Shown here one piece after another: positions 47,245 through 64,000 of a stretch of DNA of 64,000 bases. The stretch is taken from assembly GCA_002633005.1 (NCBI GenBank), contig NMRA01000228.1:561272-625271 (forward strand), in the 5' to 3' direction. The stretch's first letter is position 1; each line of letters begins with the position of its first letter. The translations under genes and the position numbers were made by a program. The notes beneath the pieces are model-generated. The model was not told the origin of the DNA. It saw only the letters and a list, made by a program, of their open reading frames with translations, and did not search any database. This DNA is from Phoronis australis. Its lineage: Eukaryota; Animalia; Phoronida.

Positions 47245-49051
47245 GCTTTGTCGTGCATATTGTCCTTACTCATTTCTAGAACGTTCATATTGAATGACGT
47301 TTTAAACATTTCAGTTGAAATATAGGAAGGGGAGTCGGAAGGAATGGTGACTGGGAGGGAGGTTGGAGATGCGTAAATTTCAATGATTCGGTATGCCTTA
47401 CGGGGAATTCATCAAATACCTTGAGTCACACGATCAACAGCAAGATAAACGGTGGCCACTTAAAAGTACGATAAAATGAGCATATGTGGCAGGTATATAC
47501 TGAAAACTGTTTGGCAGTAACAAAATTTCGAAAGAAACGTGTTGTGTTAGCTGTTCATCTTGTTCAAGCTGGATCGACTCCTATAACTGTCTGGTGCTTG
47601 CCTAAAATCTTGCTAAAACTACATGCTCCCATTGAAAATACGCGGTGAAATCTGACGAGACCTTGCTTTTCTAGCGAGGCACTAGCGTTACTGAACTCTA
47701 CACTGTCCTATGGTAGAAAGTTAAAGTTAAATAATTCAAGTAAGCTATTAACACAGAAAGGCCGAGATGGGACGTTACCAGTCTTTTGGTTTGGTATGAA
47801 ATGGAGCAGCCGCCGAAACACAACCGGGATTTCCTTCCAATAGTGTTAACTACAAGATCAGTTGTTTGTCTTACTAACGTCAAGGATTTAGTGAGAACTT
47901 GAGTTTATTCGAATGTGAACGGTACCTATATAGCACAATGAACAGATGCAGTAAATGATGCACGCGCGGGCTAGCGGAGCGTGCCCTGCGACTTCACGAC
48001 AAAATGATCAATAAAGAGAAGCGTGTCGACTAACGGTTGATTTTTCTCCCAGGCCGAGGACAAGTGTATTTTTANACCAACCTTATTTTAGCTCAAAATG
48101 ACATGAAAAAAGGTTGCCTTCGCCTTTAACTCTGTGTTTTAATTTTTGTTGTGCGGAAATTGAACGTCCGCTTATATCGGCCGCATATGAATTGTCATTG
48201 TGTCTAATAGTTCCTGCAAACTAGTCGGGAGTCATTGTTTGCGGCTAGTGGTTTCCGTAGTCTGCGCGATTCGCTGATGAAGTAGAGACGGTTTAGCAAC
48301 AGCTGCGAATTTTTTTTTCAGCGACAAAATGATCGTCTCCATAATAATCCGGGCCGGCGCGCCAGGATGGCCGGGACCTGGGGGCTTATAGTCCCCCCCC
48401 ATGATAAATTACGATGTGTTAAGATTGACCAAATGGAAATGTTTGAAGTCGGCCGCGATATGTTGCAAATAGTATATACCAGCGTTTCTGTACAGGAGTG
48501 ATTTCTTTGGATTGTAGTATTACACGTGTATCTATTATTGTTTATACTTAATATTGCTGTGGGCCAGACTCTATTGATTGTGACCACTTTTATTTACGCT
48601 TATATCTCAGTGTTATCCACCATATTTATCTTAGGTTCCATTTTTCCATGTTTCTATTAAATTTAATGCCGTAGTAATGACCTAATGTTAACCTGTTCTT
48701 CGTAGTCCTACGACGTTAAATAATGAAAGATTCTTAATTCTTGGGCTGTCTAATTGCGCCTATCCTGTTCAGTATTTTCGTAATGTAGGATAAAACATGT
48801 TGGTGATCAGAATGAGCTTTTTCTGTGTTTCAGAAAGACAAAGATTCATTTTATTTGGTTTTAATTATCAGGTCAGTAAAGAAACAGGATCATTAGACGT
48901 TTTTAAAATTCTACGCTTCTTAAGGCCGAACTATGTTTGCGACGGAGAATAATGCTAGCGTCACAATAGATGTCGCAAGCGAGTGACGCTTTTGGAATTA
49001 TTTCTCCTGTTCGTTTCAACTCTTCAACGTTAAAGGTTGTTTTCAGTCGTT

Positions 49052-49061
49052 GTGACGTCAC
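49052..49061. promoter_or_regulatory. CRE/ATF palindrome GTGACGTCAC near the ACO2 start
   Basis: Perfect 10-bp palindrome ~30 nt upstream of the putative ATG. Confidence 0.5.
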
Positions 49062-49092
49062 TTGCGTGCTTAGGTTGTGGAACGGATTAGAG

Positions 49093-63929
<14,837 letters not shown>

Positions 63930-64000
63930 GTAAATATAGCCTCCAATAGCCTTGGCTTTTTATTTGCTTGCAAGATCAGAATTACTGACATTTTCTTATT

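Noticed and set aside
47476-47492. ATGAGCATATGTGGCAG|GT as ACO2 exon 1
   Set aside because: It ends in phase 2, incompatible with the phase-0 exon at 50857; 49093-49125 fits.
48318-48587. ORF with CNISRPTSNISIW, resembling a LINE endonuclease motif
   Set aside because: A single weak motif; not enough to call a feature.

Overview
Intron-rich animal genomic DNA (AT-rich, GT-AG introns; the repeat content suggests an invertebrate, which is inference). Three + strand genes were reconstructed by hand from splice sites and protein similarity. (1) The last four coding exons of a somewhat divergent 14-3-3 (zeta-like) gene, 6165-17881; the N-terminal exon is not in the window. (2) TTC30/IFT70, 28679-47086; 13 exons are visible and one is probably hidden in an assembly gap. 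(3) The 5' part of mitochondrial aconitase ACO2, from 49093 past the window end. A decayed tandem paralog of the 14-3-3 gene (~22530-26450) keeps one open exon that differs almost only at amino-acid-changing positions. The rest is dense transposon debris: two Helentron/DINE-1-like (HINE) families with central tandem arrays, several MITE families with clear TSDs, foldback elements, and LINE and R2/Hero-like remnants. One HINE family carries a same-orientation CTCF-like motif every ~150 bp; the other carries DR1 AGGTCAAAGGTCA motifs. Most ORFs in the supplied track are spurious. No databases were searched; family names come from remembered motifs.
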